Shown here: positions 11,219-24,474 of the stretch, piece after piece
How positions within the stretch are numbered: the first letter of the stretch is position 1
How the letters are laid out: the number at the start of each line of letters is the position of its first letter
Assembly (NCBI RefSeq): GCF_964204645.1
Contig: NC_134036.1
Span: forward strand, 8,098,812-8,162,811
DNA: 64,000 bases
Reading direction: 5' to 3'
Source: Tubulanus polymorphus
Lineage: Eukaryota > Animalia > Nemertea
The notes under the pieces: generated by a model
What the model was told of the DNA's origin: nothing
Seen by the model: only the letters and a program-made list of their open reading frames with translations
The model's database searches: none
Translations under genes and position numbers: made by a program

Positions 11219-12465
11219 TAGCCCACTTGGGACTTTAGTCCCAGCGGGCTATTGCGTTCACTTTTCGTCCGTCGTCCGTCCGTCCGTTCGTCCGTCCGTA
11301 GACGGAATCCAGTTATTTTGGGAAGTTTTGAAGACGCTTCAAGGTAACGTCTTGATAGGTTACACGTGTATCTACCCTAGACACATCTTCAGCCAAAAAA
11401 CTGGCCCTGTCAGAATCAAGATGGCTGACTGGCAGCCATTGTTGTTCGCCAAAATCGGCACTTTTTACACATTTTTGAACTTTTTGAGGGAAATTTTGAA
11501 GACGCTTCGATCAATTACCTTGATCTTTCGGATATATATGAATCCCCCCAGGGCCCATCAACGAAACAAAAATTGGGTCGGTCGGACTCAAGATGGTCGT
11601 CCTATGACCTTTTTAGTGCCCAAAAATGTTAATTTTTGCCCGAATTCTGAGTCCTGTAGCTTCCTACTGGTTTACCATTTCTCATTGCAATTTGTGATGG
11701 GTATTCTTTGGAAAGGGATGTTTTATACCTCAGACAGGTATTTTTCATCAGCCAATTATGACGCAATTGGCGGTCATCTTGGTGTCACCAGTACTCATTC
11801 GTAAGTGGGAAAAAGTTTTTCCACATTATCTTGATACCTAAGCGTATTTTGCGACCACAATCAATTAGAAAGTTGTAGCTCATAACGTTTTATATGATTG
11901 TGGTGAGTTTCAAGGTAATTGGATTTCGTATATGGCCACCAGGGGGGGTTGAATAATACAATATCTTAGCAATTCTTTATTGTATTCGTACCTATGCATA
12001 TTTTGTAACCACAATCCATTGGAAAGTTGTAGCTCATGACATCATCTATGATTGTTGTGAGTTTTAAGGACATTAGTTTTTCTATATTAGAATAACTTAG
12101 TATTTCCTTATTATATTGGTACCTAGGCATATTTTGTTACCATGATCAATTGCAAAGTTGTAGTGCATGACATGTTCTATGATTGTGGTGAGTTTCGAGG
12201 TCATTGGGTTTTGAATATGGTCACCAGGGGGCGTTGAATAGTAGAATGACTTAGTATTTCCATATTAAATTGGTAACGAGGCATATTTTGTTATGACAAT
12301 CGATTACAAAATCGTAGCTGCTGACATGTTCTATGATTTTGGTGAGTTTCAAGGTCGTTGGTTTTTGTAAATGGTCACCAGGGCGCGTTAAATATCGAAA
12401 TTGTTAGATTGTTGAGCATTTGAAACCATTTCCCAGGTGGGCATGGTGTCCCTGGACCCCTAGTT
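11219..12465 (+). mobile_element. Non-autonomous Helentron-associated element (HINE/DINE-1-like) inserted in the viral 73-aa gene
   Basis: Inserted in a T-run without TSD. Sub-terminal IR GCCCACTTGGGA (11221) / TCCCAGGTGGGC (12431), 5' hairpin, (GTCC)n microsatellite at 11265-11300, about four ~150-bp tandem units at 11830-12390, short 3' palindrome and CTAGTTTT end. Confidence 0.78.
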
Positions 12466-14190
12466 TTAATTGTATAACCAACAGTTCCAACTGATAGTAA
12501 TGCGCCGTTATATCACCCATTTATTATCCACTTCTAATCCGCCATTTATTAAACAAAGAAATTACCATCTTCAAAATATTTAGTTATCTTATTCATAATT
12601 ATTTCAACATGTATTTCATTACTACTTTTATGATTATGATATATTTCAGTTATTATTTTTTTAATATCATCAATAATGAAATCTTCATCCAATTCATAAA
12701 ATCTTAAAGACTCTCTTACTAAATCAGTGATCTTTTCTACATTAAAAGTTTCTTTATTTATTGTTTTTTTCATGTTCAAATGTTATTTCATTAGTAAATA
12801 CAATATTATTAATATGTGTTACTACATCATTAATGCTAAATTTCATTTCTTTCTCGCGTTTCAAATCAAATCCAAAACATATATTCGGTCCAACAGTTAT
12901 ATTTATTTATATACTGAAAAAATTATTCTTTACATCTTATAACTAATTCATAAATTACAGGAAAGTTATTCAAATCAATTAAGTATCCATTATGATTTCT
13001 TATTTCTGATTTAAAATTATTGAAATGTGGAATGCATGGTTTGAAATTACATTCTGTTAAATTATAATTCATTTGGGTTCCAAATTGTTTAACATTTTTA
13101 ATGGTAAAATATTTAATATACTAGAATTACAAATTGTATCTTTAGTTGCTTCAAATGTTTTTGTCGGATCAATTAAATTTCAATAAATATAAAAGTGTGT
13201 TAAAGGCATTAAATTTGAATTACCGTCTACGTTTCCTGTAACAGTATATGGTTTAATTCATAACATTTTAGCTATTGGTTTCTGTACCATAAATGCGTGT
13301 TTGGTTTCATCATCTAACTTTATTTTAATTTTATCAGAACTATCACTTTTTATAAATCTAATTGAAAATTTATCACTTCTAAGTTTTAATCGTGCTCTTC
13401 TGTTAATTTCTAGAGCTAATGTTTCTAAATTATATAATCATGGTTTTAAAAATAGATGAAACCATTTATTTATATTTCTAACATGAATCATAAACAGTCT
13501 ATGATCAATAGTTTTATCCGATATATTGAAAAATAAGTTACATAAACTAATATTTACTAATTCTAAATCAACACAATTCTTAAATTCCCTATCTAATTGT
13601 ACTAGTTAATTATGTGATTTAGTAACAATTTTCTAGAATCAACAAATATTCTGTATTCTTTTAATTCTACCATTTATTTTACATATTTTTATAATATTCG
13701 AAATCTATTTCACGGTGCCCTTTTTCATTCTTACCCTTATACATGAAATAGAAATCACCAAAACATAATTCTTCTTAATCTTCACTTGATAATCTATGAA
13801 ATCTATCTGGTAAATATGTTCTGAATTTGTATTCATTTCCTTTTAATCCTTCATATTCTAAGTGGATAACTAATTTATCTCCATATTTGTTAGTAGCTGT
13901 ATCAATATTTGTAATTAAATATTTCTTATGAATTGTTAATTCTGTTAACTTCTTAGATTTATAATCTACTGATTTGACATTTTTAGTATCTTTAATTCTA
14001 TTTAAGAATTCATTGTGTATTTGTTTACTCTCCATCAAATTTTTTATTAACATTGAACATAACACTTACCTCTCAACGCGTCCCGCCACGTATGAGTACC
14101 CCAGAAACACCCGCCTATTTATACTATTCAACAGTGGGGAATCCCCAGCTGCGTGTTGAGACTTGTAAATTATGAGGCTTGTGATTGGAT

Positions 14191-14314
14191 AGAGTAATAG
14201 GGGATAAGTTGTTTCAAGTCAAAGGTTGAAAGGTCGGAAAATAAATTCGAGTGTGCGAGAATTTATTTTTCGACCTATCGACCTTTGGCTTGAAACAACA
14301 TATCCCCTATAACT
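14191..14314. repeat. ~120-bp imperfect palindrome
   Basis: AGTAATAGGGGATAAGTTGTTTCAAGTCAAAGGTTGAAAGGTCGGAAAATAAATTC pairs with GAATTTATTTTTCGACCTATCGACCTTTGGCTTGAAACAACATATCCCCTATAACT. The outer part resembles the 34330-34737 palindrome. Confidence 0.85.
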
Positions 14315-15029
14315 GGTGCTTAATCCAGGCGTTTTATCACTTCATCTGTTGTGTTGTTCAGTGGCTGCTGTGATTTGGTCTGTAAAATGATGGTTTTGCA
14401 AATTTTTTATGTTGATAAAGCACGAGATATTTTTCAAACAAGGATAATACGTACTCCATTGAACTTGGTCTTCCCTTAGCTAATAGGTAGTTTTATCAAG
14501 ACACCTTATCATTCGTCGGCTCGTACCTTCACTCCTCTTTCTGTCCAATGGTTGAGAAGAAAAGGACTAATTGAAACTATATCCATTGTTCTTCACTTGT
14601 GCCTCCATTCATCCTTCTGTGCAATGGTACATTTGAGGGCCTGCCTGTTAAGATGAAAATTATTTTGCACGTTATCAATACGGACTAGTTTAACTCAATA
14701 TGAAAGAGAATAGATACGTACGCCTTATGTAGATTCATCCAGGCTCTGCATTCTCCTAGGCTAGTGCCTACATCCTTCATACTGTGCAGCGATTTGTGTG
14801 TGGGTAAACCTGCAAATATAGAATGAAGAAATTACTATTAAGTTTAGAAAAATCAATATCAGAGTTAAACAAGCAACGCCTGGGATTGTCTCTTTTCACT
14901 TGTGCCATCATACATCCTGCTCTCTGATGTTCCTTTTGAGAAGGCCTGTAAAAATGAAAATTAATTTGCAGTGTATGGAAACTGAATGTTAGAAATGAGG
15001 ATAATGCGCTCCATTTTGGAATTGGCCAC

Positions 15030-15600
15030 TTCTTAGCTTTTAAATCTTAAGTTATCATATAACAATCATTTTGAAGCGAGACCTAACATTGCAATGCGCG
15101 CCATTTTGCAGAGCTTCTCGGGACCTGTGGTGACAGGTATGCATGAAAAATGACGAAATGAATAAAAACTTTACTTTTTATGACATGTATGTAGTATTGG
15201 GTATGATATCAATTGCTAACCATAGATTAAGTTAATATTAAGTTCATATAAAACAATTATTATTATGACGCAAGACCTCACACGGCAGCTCGCGCCATTT
15301 TGCAGAGCTACTCGGGACCTAGCTGTGGACAGGTCTGAGTTTAAACTGATGAAATGTATAAAAAATTTACTTTTTATTAATTTCTATGAGTTCTTTATAA
15401 TAATGAATAATAATATCAATTGCTAACTATAGATATAGTTAATCTTAAGTTACTATAAAACAATTATTATGACGCAAGACCTCATACTGCAACGCGCACC
15501 AATTTGCAGAGCTACTGGTGTGCATTTAAACTGAATAAAAACTTTACTTTTTATATACTCTTTATAGTAATGAGTATAATATCAATTGCTAACCGTTCTA
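15030..15600 (-). repeat. Tandem array (~3 units, ~190 bp), inverted relative to 17350-18250
   Basis: Units GAGACCT..CGCGCCATTTTGCAGAGCT..GACCTGTGGTGACAGGT are reverse complements of the downstream units. Confidence 0.85.
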
Positions 15601-17349
15601 ACTAAATTCTTCAAATTACCTCTTTTTCACCAGTCATGGTGCACGGCTAGTTGTATATCTGTACAATTCGTATCGTCGTGCGCTGGACTCTGTTCCAGCA
15701 ATCTGATAATCCTAATCCAGGTGAAATAGTGGAAGATCTAGCGATACCTGGCGCACACACGGGTGGCTCTGCGTAGTAAATTGTCTACGTCCCCAAAAGG
15801 ATACCCCTTTATATAGTCATCGTCGCAGAAATCAATTGTTTCATTTTAGGGTTCAATTTAGATAAAGGGCAAATTTCACTAACTTCTCATGAATTGTAAC
15901 TCTCAATGAATGAATGCAGTTTTACAACACTAACTTAATTTATTTATTAATTTTCATAAATAATGGTACATAATGCACTAGGGCTTAAGTGGTATATGTC
16001 TGGTGATCGACAATCCTCAATTATCACGGCCGACTCCCAAACGATATTTAATCACACTGGCGCCCTACCCGATGTTTATTCAAGGGCGTCGCCAATACTA
16101 CGTATGGTACGGTACTTGAGATGCCGTTATCGTTAACAATTTACCTGACGAGGAATTCGTAAAGAAATGTATACCGATCAACAACAGAGTAAGAGCATAA
16201 TATTAGAAACAGGATTTTTATTGAAAAGTTATAAAACCAAGGAACAAAAAAGAAATCTACAGCAATCAAGTCCAAAATAATGGCTCCATTCCCGGTTAAA
16301 CCCTTGATTTAGGTCCGGGAGGTATTTTGTACGAATGTAAAATGAAAACAAATGAATATTTTCTTCCTTATCAACTTGAATCATTTTCGAGATTTACGAC
16401 GGTTCAGAATATGTATTCAGAGACATTCTGTCTCTACATAGTTTATATTAACTGTTGCATGTTCTTTGTCTTAAGTACTGTCCTAAATGGATGTTGATAT
16501 TTCATTGCATATAACTTTTGTAATCATTTGGAGCAATCGGATAAAGTTAAAGTTAAAGTCTATCTAACTCGATATTTGTCCACAAATGTTTTTCCATTCG
16601 TCTAGCACATGCCAAGACATTCCGCCGTTTCGTCAAATATAGTCGTGAGTTTGGTCCTTTTTGGGACCTGACATGACAGGTCAGACCTATCATGTCAGGT
16701 CTCGAGACCTGACATGACAGGTTCTGGAAACTCTGCAGACAGTCTACATCAATCCGAGAAGTGGTCCTCTAGAAGTATACTCCACACATACTGTCCATGC
16801 ATGTCTCTGTAACCGAAGGTAGAGACTAAAACTCGGTTCGGACTCGGCAGCGGACACCAGCCAGAAAAATATTTTAAAACGTGTATTGTGGGTACCTAGC
16901 ACGATTTCAGTGTTTTTCGGGAATTCCCTGATATTTCGGCGTTTTTCGGAAATTCCCTGAAATTTTAGCGTTTTCATTTCAGCGTTTCAGCGATTCAGCC
17001 TTTTCAGCGAAGTTCAGGAACCGCTACCCGAGTGCGGTCGACCCAGGCAGACTAGACAACGACTACGCTACCTATGGACGACTACAGTCACTACCAGAAT
17101 TATTATTTTATATATTTACACGAACCGCTACATTACTAAGACCGATCGAAAATGGTATGGTCACTGTTCGACCGAGTTTAACGTTGCTGATGATGTCAGC
17201 CGAGTGGTCTACATGTGTCCAAGTTAAACGGTCGATAGTTAAACGGTGCAGAGTTTCTATATCAGTCGAAAGAAACTTGGCCTGTTACATATCCTGTCGC
17301 GCATCCGGTGGAAGATGATCGTCAAAAAGGTGTGAATAAAACGACTGGG

Positions 17350-18250
17350 TACTCAATACTACATACATGTCATAAAAAATAAAGTTTTTATTCATTTTGT
17401 CATTTTTAATGCAGACCTGTCACCACAGGTCCCGAAAAGCTCTGCAAAATGGCGCGCGTTGCAATGTTAGGTCTCGCTTCAAAATAATTGTTTTATAGTA
17501 TTTAATCTATCTATGGTTAGCAATTGATGTTATACTCATTACTATATATAGGTTATAAAAAGAAAAGTTTTTTCCATTTCATCAGTTTACATGCAGACCT
17601 GTCACCACAGGTCTCGAGAAGCTCTGCAAAATGGCGCGTTGCCGTGTGAGGTCACGCTTCATAATTATTGTATTATAGTAACTTAAGATTAACTATATCC
17701 ATGGTTATCAATTGATATTATACTCATAACAATATATGGGTTATAAAGAGTAAAGTTTTTTTTCCATTTCATCAGTTTAAATGCAGACCTGTCACCACAG
17801 GTCTCGAGAAGCTCTGCAAAATGGCGCGCGTTGCAATGTTAGGTCTCGCTTCAAAATAATTGTTTTATAGTATTTAATCTATCTATGGTTAGCAATTGAT
17901 GTTATACTCATTACTATATATAGGTTATAAAAAGAAAAGTTTTTTCCATTTCATCAGTTTACATGCAGACCTGTCACCACAGGTCTCGAGAAGCTCTGCA
18001 AAATGGCGCGCGTTGCAATGTTAGGTCTCGCTTCAAAATTATTGTTTTATAGTAACTTAAGATTTAATCTATCTATGGTTAGCAAATGATGTTATACTCA
18101 TTACTATATATGGGTAATAAAAAAGTAAAGATTTTTTCCATTTCATCAGTTTTCAAGCAGACCTGTCACCACAGGTCTCGAGAAGCTCTGCGAAATAACG
18201 CGAGCTGCCGTGTGAGGTCTCACTTCATAATCATTGTTTAATAGTACACA
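17350..18250 (+). repeat. Tandem array of five 182-192 bp units
   Basis: GCAGACCTGTCACCACAGGTC recurs at ~17411, 17593, 17783, 17965 and 18157. Confidence 0.92.
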
Positions 18251-18289
18251 GGTCTCGAAAAGATAATATTCATTACTATAATTTTGTAG

Positions 18290-21200
18290 GAAGTGCATCC
18301 GTCAAATCTATCTACACTTATCTTGAAAACTTGCCTCACCAAAGCACACACAGCTGCCCAGCTTGTCCGACGGAAAATTTAAACCAGCTCGAAAATCGAA
18401 GTTGAAAATCCACCTAAAAGTCATCAGAAGTCTGCTGTATTTTTCCATGGTTTGTCATTAAAAAAGCTGTTGGAAATATTTTCTTCTACATAATTGCCTC
18501 ATTATAAATAACGACTTCTGTAACTTCATATTTATAGGATTCCTAGCTCTGTCGTGCCACCTGAATTGCCGGGACAACAAGTCAGGACACGGTCATTACC
18601 ACTGTATTCAATATAAAAAACAATTATTAGTCGGAGAGAGTTTTTCGAAGCACATGTGAAAACTCATGCGCAGCGGCAAAAAAACTATATCGGCAATCTG
18701 TAGAAAACTATTGGTCAATCGTTACCACCAGAACTACCTGCTCAGACAGCAACCTCAATTGACGTTCCACCGATACGGCGAATCAGTAACAACAGGAATC
18801 GCGTATACTGAACCCCAGTTGAATAACAGTCCGTTGTCAACTGTTCATAGTGAAAGGATCGTCGAGCGCCGATCGAAAGCAATTGGAAAAACTAGTTCGA
18901 ATAGCGTAAGCGTTACTTGTAAACAATGTTGTAAACCGATCAAACATAAACGCAATCGGAATACTCACCTGAAAACGCACAAAATTATGAAAATCGACGA
19001 AAACCGACATGATCAGGGAATTTGCGTTGATGCACAAAGTGGGATTTTATTAATTGCAAATGCCAATCGTGGCGCCGGGCATCCGATACATGTAGCAGCA
19101 AAAACTGGCCCAAATTCGAAATTTTTGTGTGAAAATTACTCGTGTTATGTAACCACCTCCGCAGTATCGAGAGGCGGGAATGTTACTTACCAGTGTCCGC
19201 ATATACGCAGCACTTATCACGCATCAGCATATGTGGAAACCGCGATGGAACATTCTTGCTTAGACCGAATGGTGGATAGCAAATTGATTACCGAATCAAA
19301 CAAGTCCGATTGCAAGAAGCTCGCCAAATGCTCTTATAAGGAAGCGCGTCCGTTAGTCACTCCGTGGCACATTAGTGAAAGATTTTTATTTTTATCTGTT
19401 TTTTGCGAAGATGAACGGTCGTGGTGTCGACTGCAAAGATATGTAGTTACATACGATAAAACTGCTAATCAACTGAATTGTAGGAGCTCAAAGGGTAGTC
19501 GCGGGTGTATACATAAGTTGATTGCGAAGTGGTTTTTGTTCCAACGCGAAATAGCGTACTCCGAGAGTAAGGAAACATTAGCCGATGACACTGTGAATTT
19601 AGAATCTGAATCCAACAATGAGACGTTTAGTGGTAGGTGCCTTATCAACTAATTATTATCACGTTTGAACAGAAACTGCGTCAATGCGCTGTTACATCCT
19701 CTACCCTATCTATCTAATACAGGTGATAACACATACCCGCTAACTGGAGATAGATTGATAAAGATGACACAGTACATCAAACAAAATAAATCTATACCAG
19801 CAAAGCCACCACAAATCTATTCAATTTCGGTACCAACCGAAATTAGACCGATCGAGGAGAAATGCTCTATCTGTCGTTACGGCGATCCATGCGAACTTCG
19901 CTACGCGTGTCGCGGAAAACTGATTGATACACACACAGTTTATACAGGTAATTATTGTAAAAAATATTCAATTTACTGCGAATTTGACTTTGTCTTATAG
20001 ACCGGGTACACCAGAAAATACGGTAAGCATTTTTTGATTATTAGATTCGAAACTTTGATCAATAACTTGATTTTTTTTTCAGACATCCTATTTTTCGTCA
20101 AGTTGTGCACGAAATGTGGCCAATGGTACAGATATCAGGAACACACTGACGGGATACACAATTTTGATAACAGCACGTTTCTTTCTATCCTCCTCTGCCT
20201 ATGGCTTCAATCCGGATTGACGGTAGGTTATGCGCCGTAGTTTCGTCATCGTTTTTCTCGTTTTGTTTTAGCAGCTGTTGTCGTTTTTAGTCATAACATG
20301 TATATTCTTTTTAACAGAATCACACTGCAATAAATCGAATGCATTCCATAATCGAAGAAGCAAATGATGTAAAGATAAATCACGATACAGTATTAAATGG
20401 GTATCTGCATTTCGAGAGCATGATACAACACACATCATTCAATGCGGCTACCATCCGCCCGTTCTTATGTTTGATGTCTACCGTAAAGTTGCATTTCGTC
20501 TGAATGGTAACTGTTCCTCATATATCAAGGATTTTACACACCGATTTTTTACATATAACATAATGAACCGATTATTTCGATGATAAAATTCCTAACAAAT
20601 TTGTTTCTAGTTGGAGACTTGAAAGTTTTAAATCCGAATGACTGTTCAGATACAGTGGATACGATGGAGATAATAAATTTTGGCAAATCAAAAGTTGAGT
20701 GCAATAACCTATAATAGATCATTACTGAATAGCGATCACAAAATAATGAAATATATTTATTCTTAAGGCTACACGGAAGACCGATTGCAGCCGAACCTAT
20801 GCAACTGGGCCCCTTGGTTTGTCGACGGGGTGAAATTGTTGTCAATACTGAGTACAAGAAGTCTCAACAACATGCCTCCGACGTCGATGAAGATACTGCG
20901 GAAAATCTACAGATAACTGCAGAGGAAATATTGCAATTCATGTATGACAAAGACGAACGTAAAACCGTAAAGAAAACGAAAAGAAAATTACGCGATATAT
21001 TCAATCTATGTATAACTGCAATTCCTTTTCTATTTTGGCAATAGTATACATTGAATGACGTGAAAAAAGTATGCCGGAGTTTCGGGATCAAACCGAATGG
21101 TTCAAATGTCGACCTCTTGCGAAATATCCGAGACACGGTCTTTGCCTAAGATGTGACGATAAAAAAATTCGTTAAGCTTTGGGGAGCCTCAGGAAATTTC

Positions 21201-21986
21201 TTTCAACCCACTCAAGTGCATACACCCTCTTGTATTTCATCCACTAAAGATTACACTAAAATACATTTGTACTGGCACTGTCAATTTTTAGGTGGATGGC
21301 ATGCTGCAACTTGTCCGCACGGAGTTGCGTATGCAGTAAAGACAATGTTAAAATGAGAGAGTGCGCTAGACCACGTGGCCATACTAATGTCCATGAAACA
21401 AATACCGACAATAACAGTAAGCAACATGGCGGGTGCCTTGGTTAAGCACGGAATCAAGAGAGATCCGAATATGTTTCCTCCGTATGATTGCCGGCTTCTT
21501 GAGCCAACCGAGGATAATATTCGAAGGGCGAAAGAAAACAAGCTCGACATTAACTTTGAATTTTTGGAAGATGCAGCTTTTGAGGCAAGTCGGTATACAA
21601 CGCCAAATAACGACCACATGTATGCGAACAATGGTTATCCAATAACCAAGTCAAATCGCTACGTGTTATTGGATAGATTCCACGAGTCGAACAGCAGTTC
21701 AGAAGCCGAAAATTTGCGTCGGATTAATCATGTCCGACAATTACGTGGCTGGCTAAACAGTCAGCCACAAGAACAAATCAACAACCGAATTCGTCGTGAT
21801 ATTTATTTTCTGGACGTAAGGAGCCCAGTAAAACACGTGTTTGTCATGCGACTGATCGTCCACTCGTGGAACCAGAAGATATATCGGCAGCTGATTTCCG
21901 AAATAGAAAAGTGCAGCGATTTGCCGACATCTTTCGATGATTTTGGTCGGATTAAATTAAATGGTAATGTAAACTATGATATATAA
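18290..21986 (+). pseudogene. Multi-exon Zisupton/KDZ (HMGXB3-related) transposase, disrupted
   Basis: C2H2 finger (CKQC..HLKTH), degenerate SWIM (LNCRSSKGSRGCIHK), CxC block (CSIC..KLCTKCGQWYRYQE..GIHNFDN), SAP motif at ~21048-21135 (TLNDVKKVCRSFGIKPNGSNVDLLRNI), and core GGWHAATCPHGVAY..DRFHESN..NSQPQEQIN. GT-AG introns and an in-frame TGA at 21354. Confidence 0.75.
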
Positions 21987-22129
21987 GCCCTTAGACGATA
22001 GATATCGATGCCATTTCTATAATCCAGACCATAACCAATTTTGCAGCTTATACCGAACCAGCCGAAAACGACGTGAACGCCGAAAACGATGATTAGCAAC
22101 AAAGAGACGTCACCAACGACATGGCAAAC

Positions 22130-22500
22130 GAGGCTCATTTCTAATTCCTATTATTTGACGTACACTGACCCTATATTCAAACAGTTAAATTTCCTCAAGC
22201 TCAAAGATATTGATAACCCCTAACTAGGTACTTTTATCGAATAATTCGTCCACTCTGAATTATCGGAATCATTCGAAAATTATTGAAGCCAAATTTTTCA
22301 AATCTACAGTCATAATACTCCGTGACGTCAAGATTTACACACACTTTCTCACAATAGCAAAAGAAGAACAACTTCTGTTAAAATATCCGGCCCTTTACTT
22401 CGGAATAACATCAGTCACATCAGTCACAATCTAAAAAATCTGGAAAATTCTAAACTGTTTCTGAGAATTTATAGAAAAAAAAATACTTTGCTCTTGATTA
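22130..22500 (+). mobile_element. Degenerate LINE (CR1/L2-like) ORF2 3' remnant
   Basis: Translates to HTDPIFKQLNFLKLKDI..SHNT..SVKISGPLL, typical of post-RT C-termini. Confidence 0.55.
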
Positions 22501-23864
22501 CATTATATATTTATCCTCTGATTAAAACTCAAATTATAGTTATAATGAAAAAATACAATTACACGTCAATCTAACTGTTAATGATCTGTGTAATTGTGTG
22601 TGTTGAGGGTTGACTGTGAGCGTGTTTTTTGTTATCTTTCCCGTTTTTCTTTTCCACTTTTATCTTTTGAGGGACTTTTTTATATAAACTCTTTCTTAGT
22701 TTTTACGGAGCCATTCGAGTCTAATTTACAGTATTTTGTGTAACGCTTTGCTGCATTCTGCTGCATATTATATTTGAAAAATGGAGCGTTCATTCATTCT
22801 TTCCAGGTGACACTTTCATTTCGTGTGCCGTATCTATTCCTGTTAAAGGAAAATTCACTTTGTCGATTGCTAGCTTTATATTTAGTCATTATTTATATTT
22901 TGTCTGAATGCAGAATGAAAGCAGTTCTGAGAAATAGTTGAGGTATGTTCTGAAGGCTGTCCTCTTATTAAGAGCTTAAAAAAGCTTCGAGCTGGAACTG
23001 GATACAATGCTTTAGAGTTAACAAAACTGAATTTAATGGGATTAAATGATGTATTCCGAGAATGAACTGAAATTATTAAGTAAATTCCTAACATTACGCC
23101 CAGTTAAGTCTGGTATAATACTAAAACGCACGGAAAGCCTCGAACCTGCGGTAGAACGGCAGCAACATTTCAGCTCGTAGAGTTACTACGAAAGATTTCT
23201 ACCGGCGTTGCTGTTCCACGGCCGTAGTTTTAAGCAAAAAAAAACTGTCTGACGAATGCCCGTCCATGCAGCAGCAAAACGTCGACTATGTTCTCTTCTA
23301 CCCCCACGATCATGTACCTATTTCCCTGGCTGGAATTTACGATAACAAGTCCAATCACGCCGTATGACTTGCTCTGTCTTCATTAGCATTATTATAAGCA
23401 CCATGTATGTAATGTTTGTTCGTTAGATGCTTCACCGCATGTATGTATTCTTGCGAAGTGTACACTCGAATGGCTGACCGCCTCTGTGGCTCCTGCTATG
23501 CTGAACCTAGCGACTTCTTTGCATGGAAGCCTCGCTGCACATTTCACGAGAAAAAGTCATGCTTGTCTTGTCCGTTTTTCGTTGGAACTATTAGCCTGAA
23601 AACAATTATGTTCAAATTTATTCAGATTCATAACATACAACCGGGCTAGTACCTTCTCCCGTAACCCCCACACACGTACGGGCGGTCTTCACTGTAGCAT
23701 TTTTTGGTGGTCGGTAAGTCTCTTTTCGTTAATTTTCTTACACCCCAGAATGCAATAGAATATGCTTTGCATTTCAAACAGTATCGAACTTCACAATATT
23801 AAGTAACATATTCCACACCAAAAAGATAGTGTTAAGTAATTAGTTATATCGTGTTATCTATTAC

Positions 23865-24165
23865 TCCCCAGTGGGCACGACAACGTCGTTTCAACGTTGA
23901 AACAACGTTGTGTAAAGACGTCGGATATTGATCGATAATGAAAATTGAAACAACGTCATTTTCTGACTAAATTTCAACGTCATGTATACGACGTTAATAC
24001 AACGTGGTTTCAACGTTGAAACAACGTTATTCAAACACGTCGTTATCCAAACACGTTGAATTTTGATAGATAACGAAAATTAAATCGACGTCGTTTTCCG
24101 ACCAGTTATAGACGTCATGTATGCGATGGATACAACATCATTTCAACCAAATACCAACGTAATCT
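23865..24165 (+). mobile_element. Terminus of a CACTA/EnSpm-like non-autonomous DNA transposon
   Basis: CCCAGTGGGCAC start followed by repeated palindromic TTTCAACGTTGAAACAACGTT and other ACGT-rich subterminal repeats. Confidence 0.5.
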
Positions 24166-24239
24166 TTTATCATTAAGCGACATGATAACAGCTCCGTATT
24201 TACGTTGAACCTTCAATTACTGTCAGAACTGGCCGCTCC

Positions 24240-24474
24240 AAGAAACTGGCTAGGCGTTGGATCGGCGCATGTGAGGTCACCGCCCGCGTAAACGATGTGA
24301 CCTATGAATTAGTAACACCTAACGGATTATCCCGCGTAGTCCATTTCGATCGACTTAAAGCATTTCTCGACCCCCGGCGTTGATGTGGAATCCGATCCTG
24401 AAACTGACTTTCCTCCTAGAACGAAGTCCGGACGGGCCGTCCGCCCACCGACTCGCTATCTGGAGACGTGTTAA
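24240..24474 (+). pseudogene. Ty3/Gypsy integrase C-terminal (GPY/F) remnant
   Basis: KKLARRWIGACEVTARVNDVTYEL..VVHFDRLKAF followed by RTKSGRAVRPPTRYL. Confidence 0.75.

Larger units (their letters stand above)
8039..14050 (-). mobile_element. Polinton-like copy B, degraded internal fragment (OB-like gene through coiled-coil gene)
   Basis: Same gene order as 38883-43740 on the minus strand: 117-aa gene (~13695-14035), penton (12922-13673), 113-aa, 73-aa, 140-aa, 2-TM, 405-aa-like and coiled-coil genes. Many stops and frameshifts. Confidence 0.9.

Noticed and set aside
11328-11804. 158-aa ORF
   Set aside because: It lies within the non-coding HINE, starts at a non-ATG codon and has no recognisable motifs.
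17350-18250. Regularly spaced palindromic repeats as a possible CRISPR array
   Set aside because: The whole ~185-bp units repeat with no unique spacers, there are no cas genes, and the context is eukaryotic.
22882-23100. Possible additional RT remnant (IKSLKKLRAGTGY on the + strand)
   Set aside because: Too short and degenerate to assign.
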